Positions 11,416 to 25,412 are shown, counted from the stretch's first letter. The stretch is DNA of 64,000 bases from Selaginella moellendorffii (GCF_000143415.4 NW_003314285.1:461370-525369); one strand, 5' to 3'. Translations and numbers: made by a program. The notes: a model not told the origin generated them from the sequence alone.

Positions 11416-12510
11416 CTTCTCCCTTCTTCTTCTCTGGATGCCCGGGGAAAGAAGAACTACAGTGAAGATACAACCCCTAGAAAAGAAATTGGATGTGTGT
11501 TTGAAGCTTACAAGCTTTAATTCTTTCTCTCGAGCCGGCCACTCGCGATTTGAGGGAAGAATTTGAGGGGAGAAATTGTGAAGAGACTCAATTTTAGAAG
11601 CAATCCACAATACACTAGAAAGCCAAGCCTTAAATTATATACCAAATGAAAGTTGGATTAATATGACTCTTTCAAACTGTGTTGCAAAGCTATAGCGTGG
11701 AGCCATTAAATGCACTACGTTGGGGAGAATTCCGTGTTTGACCATATCAATCGTAGGCGACACGTAGGTATATTCGGTTGGACGGTGTGAATAGTGGTCC
11801 AGGTTTCACTCGTGGCCACGGCCGTACAAGTACCTCTCTTGTCCTTTCTTACCTTTGGCCTTTCCAACCAATCGAACCCCACCAACTGGCGCTTGGCACA
11901 TTGATAGTGCGGGGGGACACTTGTTGACTTCTGGCAGACAAAAGATCCCCCTGGAAGGTTCTAATGCGCTTCATACAATAAAAAAGGCGGAAAAATCGGG
12001 TGATTTGTGATTATGTTGGTATAATGTTAAGAATATAGTTATGGCTATAATTTTATTGTGTGTGCATTATTATTCCACAATTCATGGAGATATCGGATAT
12101 GATTCCAGCCACTTGCAACTTTGCAAACCAAAGTTTTCCACAATCGTTAGGTCAAGACGACGCAGTACAAGCTGTAGCTATGGTGGCACTGGTGGAGTCT
12201 TTTGCGCGATAGGGGCAATGCTGGTGACGACTTCTCCAACCAGGTGTGTTAGAGCTACTCCAGATCATTGCCGCCCTGGAAATCCTCCTTGTTGGTCTCG
12301 CGAGGCTTTTGGCTTGACTATGGAAAATCGTCCACTCCGTCACTTCCTGTCCGTATACGCTGCTGCCCTAGCGACAGGAGGAACTAGAGCGCTCAAAAAG
12401 TATGGAACACGGCGGAGCTCTAGCTCACTGAGCAGCGATCTCCACTCCATTTCGCGAGGATGGTTTAGCGATTTTGGGCTTGGTGAGCGAATTCTACTCT
12501 CTTGGCGAAG

Positions 12511-15500
12511 ATGGTTGAGCAGCAGCGATCTAGCTGGTGGCTGCAATTTGCTGCGCTCACCCGAAAGTGTTGGAAGGTGCTGCTCCACAGGAAGATCTCC
12601 CTCGCGGCTTATGTGTTTGCTCCTCCCCTCGCGGTGATAGTACTCTATATCCTCTTCTCCACCGTTGCGCTCGATGACTCCGACTTGAAGAACGACGACC
12701 GGCTCCAGAGCGTTCCCGATGGCTTGACTCGCTGCGTTGTTGTGGATGCTCGAGGAAACCGGATGGAGCTCAAGAGCTTCTCAGCACCGAACTCGTCCCA
12801 ATCTCTCCAGCACTGTATCACGATTGGATTTGTTTCTGACGCTGGAAACAACGCGAAAGTCGTCATGCAACAGGTGAAAGTCTGTCCTTTCTTTCATTTT
12901 TTCTTTCCTCGATCTCGCTAAGCTAGTTTGATCTTGTTCTTAGGTGGCCAACTCGGTGGGCCTTGAGTATGGTGTTGACGTGGTGGAGTTCCCCAGCAAC
13001 CAGAGAATGTCCGAGTTTATGTGGAAGAATCCCGGCCATGTCGATCTCGCTGTCTCTTTTTTCCCGGACAACTTCCACGCTTATGATGTCTGGATGAACA
13101 GAAGCTACACGAGAGCCTACGGATTCGGTGCTCTCAAGAAACTGGATCCATTTCTCAAGTCACAAGGTCTATCTGGCAGGCTGCTCACACTCCAAAAATC
13201 TCTCGATACTGCTATTATTTCGACATCATCCCGAGGCCAACAGCGTTTCTCGTTGCAAGTGAGCATTGCTTTCTATGTTTCTTTTGTTTGTAACACTTTG
13301 CTACGCAGGTTGGAGCTTTCACTGACATTAGAAGCGACGAGAAAATCTCCAGAGAATCGAATGTTGGTGCCGGGCAAGAGACCGGATGTGACGAACCTAC
13401 GTATCGGGTGAGAACTCAAGTCGTGATTGGTTTCATGGGAGGCACCTTGATAGCAACTGGAGTTGGGATCTCGACTATTGTGGTATGATGCAAAGCTTCT
13501 TTTTTTCCTCGAGAATACTTTTACGAGTTTGTAAATTTTTCTTTTTTCAGGTGATAATGATCCTTGCTTCGGAGAAACAAAAGCGATTGATTGGAAAACT
13601 ACGTCAGATGGGGCTGCAAGAAAGCGCACACATTGCTTCTTGGACGATCGCGTTTCTTTTGCTCTCGTTTGTGAGTTCCCTGCTTACGGTGATTATCATG
13701 AAGCTCGTTTCGGGATCACACCAGCTCTTCGCCTTCAAATACACTTCATTTGGTGTAAGTTTATCCTTGAGTTCTTGCAAACGAAACTTACCTTGTTTTC
13801 CCAGGTGCTTTTTGTAACTCTCTACGCTTTTCAAATAGCCATGATCGGGGTAGCGCTGATTGTTGCGGCGCTCTTTACAAAGCCCGTGTGGATCATGACA
13901 GTTTCGTCCCTGATTTTCTTGGGGATACTCTTCTCGACAATGACGATGAACCTTACTAGTTTGACCATGGGCATGTGAGTTCTTGCTTTTGTGCAATGGT
14001 TGTCGTTTTTAATCCTTTCTATGTTTGGTGATAACAGGTTTGGCGTTGATGTGTCTGGGAATTGCGTGAGAATGGACAATCCTTACAGTGGATTCTGGGC
14101 TCCTCACAAAGCTACTCACTTCATGGAGTTTGTTATTTTCTGGTTTCCGTGGATAAGTTACGGACGGATAGTTCTAGAAATGTATGCAACCACGATCTAC
14201 GGCAGGAAAAGTTTTTCATTCCATGGTAAGCTGTAGTCCTTCCCTCATGATTTTCTTTTAACATGACAATATGTGATAGATCTCCAATCTACGATGCATT
14301 ATTTAAAGTCCGGCAGCGAGGTGGCCACTGTATATTCAGCACCATCTCTTCTTGCTTCTGTGTTTCTGATGCTTGGTCTTTGGATCGTCAGCGTCCCACT
14401 AGCATGGTACCTTTCACAGGTTTTTATTTGTTCCTTCTTTTTTCCATTGTTTTGTGTTTTATAAGTTGGTTATTTTGCTCTAGGCTCTTGCTGGAAGAAC
14501 AAACGGAAGAAGAAGTTGGAGGTTTCCTTTTCAAAGGGGATACTGGGGATACACTGCGGCTGCTGGATCATACACTCGAGGTGACACATTTGCTGAAGAG
14601 AGGCAAAAGTCGCAGCAAGAAAACTCTTTGCGAATCCTAAAAATGTCAAAGAGCTACAAACGTGGAACTGCTCTACGCGAAGTTTCGGTGACAATGAACA
14701 ACGGAGAAGTTTTTGTTCTCCTTGGCCACAATGGTACGCACTTTAATATGGATAGTTAATTCTCACTGACTTTCCGTAATTCTTGTAGGTGCTGGAAAGT
14801 CGACTCTGATTAACGTTTTAACTGGCTTGACGGATGCAACTTATGGAGAAGCTTATTTCAGAGGCTACAGTTTCTCAACAGACATGGCACAGATTCAAGC
14901 AGTGTGTGGAATTTGTCCTCAGTTTGACGCTCTTTGGGATGAGCTGAACGCGGAAGAGCACTTGTACGTGTGTGCTGCCATGCAGGTATATAATGTTTTC
15001 ATTCCCAAGATGAAACTTTCAATCTTTACTTTTCATATTTTCTACAGGGTCTTCACGGGAAGTACGCTGCTGAAGAAATCAAACGTGTTCTTGCAGCAGT
15101 GGATCTTTCAGAGGAGGGTAAAAACATGACAACTACCTTCTCTGGAGGCATGAAGCGAAGGCTATCAGTTTGCATGTCCGTGCTGGGTGACCGTCGTAAA
15201 CTTATCTTCCTGGACGAGGTAAAAGCTTAAGTGTTTTTGCGTCCAAGTAGACAGGATTGATGATTTCCGTTGCAGCCAACCACAGGCGTTGATACAATAA
15301 ACAAGAAACGAATCTGGGAGCTCATTGAGAAGGTCAAAGAAGAAAAGATAGTGGTTTTAACAACACACAACATGGAGGAGGCCGACGCTCTTGGAGATAA
15401 AATCGCAATTTTGCACCAAGGAACTCTCAAAGCCGTTGGTTCATCTCTATTCTTGAAGGTCAGTGTGTTTTTCTTGATCCAGGCAATGCTGGTTCCTTAT

Positions 15501-18500
15501 TTATCTTACTACTTTCCAGAAAGAGTTTGGTTCTGGTTATCAGATCTCTTTGCTTCTAGCCTCTCCCGAAGACGCGCCGGAAGTCGAGGCTATTGTCAAA
15601 CGCGTTCTTCCGGGATCAAAAATTGTCCAGTCCGCGGCTGGAAACTTGAAGGTTTCACTTAACCACAACACAGCACTAGCCATTCCAAAACTTTTAACCG
15701 AGCTCAGAGTGAGGCTACCCGGGAGAGAGAAAAGCGAGCCTCCGACTTCGTCCAAATATCTCAAAGAATGGGGTATCTCCAACACAACCCTGGAAGAAGT
15801 TTTTCTCCGGCTCAGCGCTCGAAACGACCACCAAGTGACTGAAGAGAACGAGAACGAGAGTCCCGATGTTGAGAAGCTGTGCCTTATGTGCGGGGTGAAA
15901 AGAGCCGACGTTGTTACTCTCTACACGCGCTCTGGGATTTCCGTCAAGGTACCAAATGCGGTGTGCTTAACGTGTGCTTTGGCAGAGCAAGCTCCAGCTA
16001 TGATGGACTCCATCGCAGAAGATGAGAACCACGAAAGCCAACCTTTAAACGAAAGTTACGAAGAGCTCACCGAGAGTTTTGGTCCGCCTCCAAACACTCA
16101 AGTCCGTGGTGAGAACCACGTAAACAATGGGGAAAATCAAAACGATCCAGCTCCAACGACAGTTACGAGCAACGCTGGGTTATTCCGATCGCAGATACGC
16201 GCGGTGTTATACAAAAACTTTCAGCTCAACTTGGCACAGAAGAAGGCCTTCGCTTTCTACTTTCTTACATTCGTGGTATACGTGCTACTCATGAAGCTTT
16301 TCGGAGGATCGATCTCCGGGACACGCCAGAGTTTCTCCGAGAACGTCTGTCCGGGAAGGAGCGATCTGGTTGACAGTGGCTACTGCAGCGCTCAAAACTT
16401 TGAAGCTGGTTTCTTCCACATTGATCTATCGTGGACTGCTCTCTCCTCAGCTCTCGCTCCAATGCTTCTCAACTCGACTTTAGATCCAAGCTCGAGGGTG
16501 GCAGTGACACCGGTGGTATGGTACTCTTCCCAAGGCGACCTCGATCTCAATTATACTTTCACTGGCAGCAACAAGTCTACGGTGGTGGCGCTCAAACAAA
16601 TTCAGAATCCAGATCCTAATGCTTTGTTCGTATCCGGACAGCAAGATCTCCAGAGAAAATCTGTCCGAGTCAGAGTTCCGTTCTGCTCATCCAACGCTCG
16701 AGCCAGTGACGGCGATCGAGTCTATATTGAAGACCTCTCCACGGCCACCGCAACTTATGATGCTTTGTTCCCGACTTCCGGCCTGGCCTGGTCGACTTAC
16801 TCGTCGGGAGGTTCTAGCGATCGTCATGTCGCAGCTACTGTGAGATACAAATCCAGGTTCCACTCGTACGACGCAACAAGGATTTGGATACGCATGAGAA
16901 ACGTAACGTCTGGTTTGTGTGGCTTCTCCGGCAGCAGCAGCACTTACAAAGATCTCGCTCAGCTCTACACCGATCCATCCTCGACCTCCTCCTACATGGT
17001 CGCCTCAGTAGCTCCCTTCCTCGCGATGAATGCTATAAGCAACGGGCTAGCTTCCACGGCTGACAGCAATGCTCCAGCGATCACGGCCAGGCTTAGAGTT
17101 TATCCGGATCTCGAGTTCGCAGGCAACCGACAGGACGATGGTGTTTACAACCCGGCGACGCTCCTCTTCGCCATCATGGGACTGTCAACTTTCTTCCCTC
17201 TCTACGTCCGGAGGCTCGTCATGGAGCGTCAAACTGGACTCCTCCACTTGATGGTGATCGCTGGGATGAAACCATCGGCGTACTGGCTTGGAAACTATCT
17301 CTACGACTTCATCCTCTCAGTGATCGACGGGGTGGTGTTCTTCGTAATTGGAAGACTAGTCGGAAGTAGCTTCGTCCACGCCGATCCGCTCATGTCCGCT
17401 TTGATCATCTTGGCTTGGGCTCACGCTCTCAATGGCATGTCAACTTTCACGGCCGGGTTTTTCAGCAGCGTTCGAGCCGCGTCGCTCGTTGCGATCGGGA
17501 TCATCATCACTGCTGCTGGCTGCGTCTTCGTCAATGTGAAGTACAAGGATCAAAGTTCCATGCCTGCTGCAGCCGCCATCTTTCCACCCCTGGCTTTGGC
17601 TCGAATTCTCTATCTTCTCTTTGCTGGAGTGAGGCAAGGCGAGCTTATTACGGATATTGTGGTACTTCTTCTTGGCAGCACGCTGTTATACGTCGCTGGA
17701 GTGCTTGTCAACCAGGCTAGAGCGTCGCTCAATCCCTTCGGGTGCTTCTCTAGATTGTTCACGAGGGAAAATAACTTTTTGGACGAGGAAGCAAAACAAG
17801 ATGGGACATCCGACTCCGAAGACATTGCTATGGAGGTGGACAAAGTTCGAAACGCTCAGCCTGGAGTACTGGCGATCAAGACACAAAACTTGAGGAAGAT
17901 TTATCCGGCCTCGAGCGGGAAGGGAGCCAAAGTAGCAGTGGACAATCTCACGCTCGGCTTGCAGTATGGTGAGATCTTTGGACTCCTAGGAGCAAATGGA
18001 GCAGGGAAAACTACAGCACTCTCGATGCTATCCGGCTCTCTCGCACCCTCGGCAGGAACTATAGAGATTGGAGGTAAAGTAATTACCGGGAAGAACGAGC
18101 TCTCTCCCAACCAGCTGAGCATCTGTCCTCAATCGGATGTCGTATGGAAGGATCTCTCGGTAAGAGAAAGCTTTCTCTTTTCCTCTTCAGTTTTAGCTTT
18201 GTTTATTTTTCCAGGTGTGGTCGCACTTCATGATATACGCTTATATCAAAGGCTTGAGTTCCGCGCAAGCTCGAGCTTCCATTCAGACAATCGCTGCCGA
18301 GCTTTCACTCAATGGCGACTCGTTTCACAAGAAAGCGTCGAGCTTATCTGGAGGTCAACTGCGTCGGCTCTCTTTCGGTGTTAGCCTCGTTGGGAGTCCC
18401 TCGATTCTACTCATGGACGAAATAACAACCGGTAAATCATCCTCTCAAAGCTTTCACTAATGCTTCAGCTTTCTTTTCCAGGCCTTGATCCTGTAAGTAG

Positions 18501-19049
18501 AACAACGATCTGGGATGTTGTAAACAAGCAATCCAATGCTGGACGCTTGATTCTACTCACAACACATTCCATGGTAATCAAGCAAACTTTCCAGCTCTCG
18601 ATGGACTCTCAGAAACTTTCTTTTATGCAGGAAGAGGCTGATACTCTTTGCACCAGGATTGGTATCATGGCTCATGGGAAAATGAAGTGCCTTGGAGCTC
18701 CACTTCATCTCAAGAATCGTTACAGTAATGGCTACACTCTCACTGTTGTGATGCAGAAAGATGACCACGAGAGCTCCGAGACAATTGCTTCGCTGATCAA
18801 AAGAGCTGCTCCAGATGCCACTCTTGTCTACTCGTAAGTGTTGGTGCTTTTCTTTTTCTTTGGTTCTAACGTCCATCGTTCTATAGATGGCGCCGAGTTC
18901 GCAAGTTTTCCATCAAGATCTTCGATCTAAAGTATCTGTTCCAGTTGCTAGAAGACGATGCGAACAAACTCGAGCACGGGATTCGAGAGTGGCAGATCGA
19001 GCAAACGACACTTCAAGACGTTTTTCTGAAAGTCTCCGAGCACGAGTGA
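12511..19049 (+). CDS. Full-size ABC transporter, subfamily A (TMD-NBD-TMD-NBD), multi-exon
   Basis: N-terminal WLQFAALTRK. NBD1 has GHNG|AGKS, CPQFD, FSGGMKRRL, LDE|PTTG and TTHNMEEAD. NBD2 has GANGAGKT, LSGGQLRRL and TTHSM|EEAD. TTLEEVFL and TTLQDVFL motifs follow each half. GT-AG introns. The start codon is uncertain (a possible extra 5' exon begins at 12320). Confidence 0.9.
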
Positions 19050-19146
19050 GCTTGCATATCTGCTATATTATAGAAGAAGAGCCCGAGACCAGGCTTCATT
19101 GTTTACAGTCTCGTTGTTTCTCTCGCAAACGAGTAGTTCGTCCCTG

Positions 19147-19855
19147 TTAGCTATACGTTTTGGACAGCTCCGACGAGCTCGGCCGGAACAAGAACTTCGC
19201 AAAACTGTAAAGTGTCAGCACAACGCTCTGTGTCCACCAGAGGAAGAGCAGAAAAAGGGCAATCCCCACCACTCCGATGGAGAAGCACGAGAACACCACA
19301 AACCCGAGAAGTGCCGTCCACCACGAGAAGCAGAGATGGAGGATGGAGATCGGTAGAAAGACGAGTAAGACGACGCTGGCGGCGATTAGCTTCCCGAGCT
19401 CCCAGAGCTTGCGCTCCAAAACACCAGGAACGTTAGCACCTGGAATGGATGGATGAAACAATGGAAGTTAGATCCTAGAACCGAAAGAATCACACAAGAA
19501 CAAGCGTACCTCTAAGCTGGAACAAGTTGGTCGGTGACTGCAAGAGTAGTGAGAAAATCCTTCCAGTTCTTCCTGGTGGCGACGGCGGGGAAATTAAAGT
19601 CGATGTTGTTGGTTGTGTCGAGAGTGATCCTCCCAGAGCGTGGAGAAGGATGTAGTTCTTTGGAAAGTGGTGGATTCCTCGCCACTTGGACAGCGCTCGG
19701 CATTCCGGGCATCGAAACCTCGGCAGCGAGGAGCTGACGACGAGGCGCTCCACACACAACTGGCAAACGGTGTGTCCACAGCACAAGAGCCTGGGCGTGT
19801 GCGATCCATCGTTGAAGAACTCCAGGCAAACCGGGCACTCTAGGGGGCCTAGCAT
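19147..19855 (-). CDS. RING-HC E3 ligase with C-terminal transmembrane segments (2 exons: 19855-19510, 19439-19147)
   Basis: CPVC...CGHTVCQLC...CPEC, then FPKNY. A phase-consistent GT-AG intron joins it to a hydrophobic C-terminus. Confidence 0.85.
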
Positions 19856-20192
19856 GGTTCTCCTCTCAGCATGTTGGATTTCAACTGGATTGAAGGAAAG
19901 AGAGAACGATCGCTCGATTGGAAGAGCCCTAGGCTGCTTGTTTTACCTCGATCAATACCGGATCATCAGCCACGTCCAAATGCGGTGCCCCATTCTCGGA
20001 GGCGCATCATTCCTCTCGCGCATGGATCGGATCAGATCAAAACGCTCCCTGCCAAATTAGGGCTCATCAAGATGCTCAGCGAATATACCCCATTTTCATC
20101 TTGAACAAATGCCGACCGTCGGATGCAAATCTTGGAAAACAATCGTGGCCGTTGAGATTCTTTAAGGAGACATGCAAAACAAAAACAAATGA

Positions 20193-21695
20193 TCAAGTAC
20201 TGGAAAATTGGGTCCTTTGCGACTTCTCCACCATTTCTTTCACGCTCACGTCGAAAGCGTCGTCCTCCCCATCGAGAGAATCCCGACCACCATCGCCAGA
20301 GCTCCATGGCTTCCCAGTATAGAGCAGCCGCGGGATGATCTTCCGGATGTTCCTCTGGAGCTCTCCAATCCTCTGGCTGCTAAACTTGCTCCTCAGAAAC
20401 TCCTCCACCTCCAGCCCATCCCGGCGGATCTCTTCCTCGGGAATGAACACCGAGTAGCTCTCGCGCTCGCGAGGGAGATGCCAAGTATACTGTGTGTAGG
20501 CCGAGTCGGCGTGGAAGAAGACGGGAATGCAGCCGCAAACCAGCGAGTCGAAGCTCGACCTCCGCGTGGAAGTGTCTCCCTGCGGCTGGAGGCAAAAGAT
20601 CGAGGACAGCAGCTTCTCGGCGATCGGGAGAGGATTGTGAGCACACCTCAGCTTCGAGCAATTCACGGCCTCGCAGCTCCGGGACTTGCGACACTGCTCA
20701 AACAGGATCCCCCGGATGCTCTCGTTTTGCTGAGGCCGCGGAGCTCCGGCGAAGGACATGAAGTTGGTTCTCGGGCTTGCCTTGACTCTCTCGATCCATG
20801 CCTGTAGCTCCGACTTGGTTGCCGGGTGAAAGGAAGTTGGATACGGTATTGCCTGCTCTGTCCGATCCCAGGGACGTCGTTCCATCACCAAAGTCGTCAC
20901 GTTTTCCATCTGCTTGAGCAGCCGAAGACTAGTCCCCCACGAAGACTTTCCGCGGTAGCTAGCAAAGTCCCAAGCTGTTCTTCCTGTTACCATGAAGTGG
21001 TCGTGGCCGAGATTTCTTCTCCAGCTCCAGCTATAGTTTGCCTCCAGAAACTTGACGAGATCGACCCCTTGCTCGTGCCTGTTCAAGTTGTCCGCCCCGT
21101 AAAGGAACCTGAGAGCGTCCAGTCCTGCGTAGTAAGGGATGAAGAACGCATCGGCCTCACGGGGAGAATTCACAAGGCACCTGTACCTGCGCATCCTCTC
21201 GTGGAAGATCACCTCCAGCATGTAAGGATCGGTGGCGTACCACGAAGAATTTGCTCCAGCCAGCGCCTTCCCGAAGCCATGGTTGATGAAGTGGTCGCAG
21301 AACGTAAGCCAGGAGACCATCTTGTCGCATTTTTCCAGGACTTCCAAGTTGAATTTGCGAGGAAGCTCGTACATGAACACCCGCCTCCCCTGACACGAGT
21401 GCAAGTCCTGGCCATCTGGAAATTCGTGATGATCGCCCCGGCTAAAAGGATGCCGTGCTCTGTCCCTGTTTGTGACTTCCTCGAAAAAAGCACTGGAACT
21501 CTTGTGTTGCTCCGGAAACGTGAGAAACTTGATCGGGTGGAGTCTGTAGGAGGAAGAGAATGCCCAGTAAGTCCCAAAGCTCGCGGACATACAGAAAAAA
21601 ATGCAGCAAGTAAGGAGGAACGATGCACCTCCTTCCGACGATAGCAACAATTTGCGAGACGACGAGCTGCTAAATTTCACTCGAAGAGCCATCAT
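20193..21695 (-). CDS. GT47 exostosin-family xyloglucan galactosyltransferase-like protein (MUR3/XLT2 group)
   Basis: Type II TM; YELPRKFN, WYATD, FFIPYYAGLD, GRTAWDF, IPYPTSFHP and FCLQPQGD...RRSSFDSLVCGCIPVFF; single exon. Confidence 0.93.
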   Translation of the reverse strand: MMALRVKFSSSSSRKLLLSSEGGASFLLTCCIFFCMSASFGTYWAFSSSYRLHPIKFLTFPEQHKSSSAFFEEVTNRDRARHPFSRGDHHEFPDGQDLHSCQGRRVFMYELPRKFNLEVLEKCDKMVSWLTFCDHFINHGFGKALAGANSSWYATDPYMLEVIFHERMRRYRCLVNSPREADAFFIPYYAGLDALRFLYGADNLNRHEQGVDLVKFLEANYSWSWRRNLGHDHFMVTGRTAWDFASYRGKSSWGTSLRLLKQMENVTTLVMERRPWDRTEQAIPYPTSFHPATKSELQAWIERVKASPRTNFMSFAGAPRPQQNESIRGILFEQCRKSRSCEAVNCSKLRCAHNPLPIAEKLLSSIFCLQPQGDTSTRRSSFDSLVCGCIPVFFHADSAYTQYTWHLPRERESYSVFIPEEEIRRDGLEVEEFLRSKFSSQRIGELQRNIRKIIPRLLYTGKPWSSGDGGRDSLDGEDDAFDVSVKEMVEKSQRTQFSST

Positions 21696-22365
21696 TCATC
21701 GTATTGAACCCGACTTTTCGAGAATTCTCGCTCCGTCGTTCACGCTTCTGAATTCAGTGCTTTCCTCCTTTCAGGACTGCTCGCAAGCCATTCTCCAGAG
21801 TGGTCCCAGTCTCGATCCCTATCAGAGTAAAAACACGCCAGCGAATCAGTCAAGACACGGCAAATATGTAAGCAAAAATATTTAAAACTCGTGTCAAGAC
21901 CAACCTCGCTCGAACTTACATACCAGCCATGGGTACCTTCTTCCATATTTTAGTCAATCATCGCCGGTGTGTGACCGCCTTGATCACTCCAAAGACAAAG
22001 AGACATGGTTTGCTGTCAGATACTGCGCATTTGTCTTGCAGTCGTCCTCGTTCTGTTTTATCATTCAGGCCAACGTAGAACCTGTTCATATGCAAACATG
22101 AAAGTAGCACTGATTAGAAATAAGCAGCACGGACTTACCGCCCAGCTTCATCTCGATCTTTTCTAGAAAAGCTGGTAAAGAGTTACCATTACCCCTGGAA
22201 TTTTCCACAATAGGATTCTTGTCTGGCTCTCTCTTGGCCATGTTATAGCACACTGCTCGTAAAAAAGGCCTCCCGGTGTTGAAGGTGGAGACAAATCAGA
22301 ATGTACAAGACTACAAACGCACCTTCATATTCACTTGATGAAACAAAAAATGAACAACAAAGACC

Positions 22366-24061
22366 TCAAGCTTCTGGTTGCATTTTTTCGGACTCTTCTC
22401 TGATAGATTGAAACAGAACGGACGATAAGTAGCGCTCGCCGAAGCTAGGAAGAACCACCTGCAGCAGATAAGCTCATCAGGTCTTGCCATGACTAACGTG
22501 GAACACACTATCGCACTTACACAGATCAGCTTGTTTGCATTCTCTGGTCGCTTTGCCACCTGAATGGCGGCACACACAGCAGCTCCTGACGAGATTCCCA
22601 CCTGGTGCCGTTACAAAGAGAGATTAGAGCTTTGCAATCCCATTTTGTAAGAATTAGTACCAGCAGGCCTTCCTTCAACGCCAGCTGCTTTGCCATTTCT
22701 ACAGAATCGTTACTTGAAACCTACAAAGCATCACCAAAACTATCGTTTTTTTAAGCTTTGCATTTAAGAGTACCTGAATGACTTCGTCAAGGATTTCTAC
22801 GTCTAGAATGCTTGGAATGAATCCCGCACCAATACCCTGAATCTTATGCGGACCTGACAAGACCACCACTTTCTATGAGCAATTCAACGTAAGCCAATAC
22901 AAGCATACCTGGCTTTCCGCCGGAGAGCACGTTACTCTCTGTGGGCTCAACACCGTAAATCTGTACAAGACAACTGTAAGCTGGAAAAGCAGACCACCCA
23001 GAACCACCACTACCTTGATGTTCGGATTTTTCTTTTTGAGGAACCGTCCAGCACCAGTCACGGTACCGCCAGTTCCTATTCCAGCTACAAGAATGTCAAC
23101 TTTGCCTCGTGTGTCTTCCCAGATTTCAGGTCCAGTGGTTTCAAAATGCACCTGAAACGTAAAAGGAGTGTTAAACTCGGATAAAGAGACAACTAACGCA
23201 CCTTGGGATTTGCGGGGTTTTCAAATTGTTGGAGCATGTAAGAATTTGGAGTCTTCTTCAATATCTCCTCGGCTTTCTGTACTGCTCCTTTCATGCCTTT
23301 CGCGGGATCGGTGAGGACAAGCTCGGCACCAAAGGCCTTTAGTAGAATGCGCCTCTCGAGACTCATGGATGCAGGCATTGTTAGGATCAGCTTATAGTTT
23401 TTCGCCGCGGCAATGAAGGCCAGTCCGATTCCAGTATTACCACTCGTAGGTTCAACCAGAACACTCTGCATGGCACAGAGGCTCATGAGTAGAGCACGCG
23501 AAAAAAAGCAGCAAGGCTTACCTTGCCAGGAGTTATGGCCCCCTTCTCCTCAGCATCAGAGATCATGCTATATCCGATCCTGAATGTAGCAAAACAAAGT
23601 AAGCGATCGGTTTCTTTCATCAAAATCCATACCGATCTTTGACGCTGCAGCACGGCTCCATGATTTCCAGCTTCGCAGCGATGTTGGCAACACAGCCATC
23701 GACAACGCTGTTCAAATAAACCATCGGCGTCTTTCCGATAAGCTACAAAGACAAACCCCCAAGGAACAAAAAAATCCTTCTTTCCTCCTTTTTCCAGCGA
23801 AACTCTTACCTGCGTCACATCTTCCGCGATGTTGAGCCCCTCTTCTGGCTCGGCACCGGCGGCCTCAGCTTGCACCTCAGTCGAAACAGCCGCAATCGCA
23901 TGTCTTGCCCTGGGCGACGCCACAATCTTCCCCCGCTGGAGCCTCAAAGCCGACGAGATGATCCGGCGCTGCATCGCCACTGCCGAATCCCTCCTCCCGC
24001 AGCCGGCATTTCCCAGGACGAGACTGATTCCTCCCGCGGCGGCTGCAGCAGCGGTCGCCAT
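22366..24061 (-). CDS. OASTL: O-acetylserine(thiol)lyase / cysteine synthase, organellar, multi-exon
   Basis: Transit-peptide-like N-terminus, [14 protein letters not shown] (PLP lysine), [36 protein letters not shown]; TGA at 22366. Confidence 0.95.
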
Positions 24062-24162
24062 TCCCTCGCTACTAGACGATAAACCCTAAACCTGATCGCA
24101 ATGGGACAAAAATACCGCATATTCTCTAAAGATTCGAACTCCTTTAACACATGGACATTTTT

Positions 24163-24454
24163 TTAGGGCTCCTTGAGGCGCTTGAGCATCCGCGACGCGA
24201 ATTTACGGACGCGCTTGTTTAGATTGAAGCCCACGATCACGCCAATCCCGAAGCTGACCACCGCGATCTTCACGCACGTCGATGCCGACACAAGGAATCT
24301 ACTGCTCGCCCTGTGTCAAGCGATCATCTCATCATCGTTCACAAGAATCACGCGCAAGTTTGCTCTTTCTTTACCTCGCGGCTTCGTGGAGATGGTGGTG
24401 CCCGGCGTGATGCTCCACGAGTACCATTGTGGGAGGATGCGTCGTCTCGCCCAT
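24163..24454 (-). CDS. 75-aa single-TM microprotein (2 exons: 24454-24375, 24310-24163), not in the ORF track
   Basis: ATG at 24454, GTAAAG...CACAG intron, reading frame preserved: MGETTHPPTMVLVEHHAGHHHLHEAARASSRFLVSASTCVKIAVVSFGIGVIVGFNLNKRVRKFASRMLKRLKEP*. Total 228 nt. Confidence 0.7.
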
Positions 24455-24589
24455 CGCCGCCACGCACCCTAGAGCTTACACAGAGGGTTTTAACAAGGGT
24501 TTTAGAACAACACAATGGGCTTATAGAATGCTTCGATTGATTGAATTTTCCCTTCGAGAGAAAATTTTCCTTCTACATTGGTAGTCTCT

Positions 24590-25238
<649 letters not shown>

Positions 25239-25412
25239 CTTGGCTGCTGCTCCTCCGGCTCTGCAAAACCCTAATGCCTCCAAGAACCCTAAAACAAGAT
25301 AAACGGTGGAGATTTCATACACGTCGACAAACCCTAAGTGCCGGTATTGTTTATAATCTAACATAAGCCGCGACAAACACCAAAATACATGACACACAAA
25401 AGTCTACATCCC

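Noticed and set aside
12041-12500. 198-aa ORF upstream of ABCA
   Set aside because: No family similarity. Part of it might be an extra ABCA 5' exon, but this cannot be supported from the sequence.
20208-21644. Long plus-strand ORFs opposite GT47 (similar ones lie opposite the hydrolase, gag, DnaJ, germin and PPR genes)
   Set aside because: These are antisense shadows of GC-rich coding sequence with no recognisable motifs.
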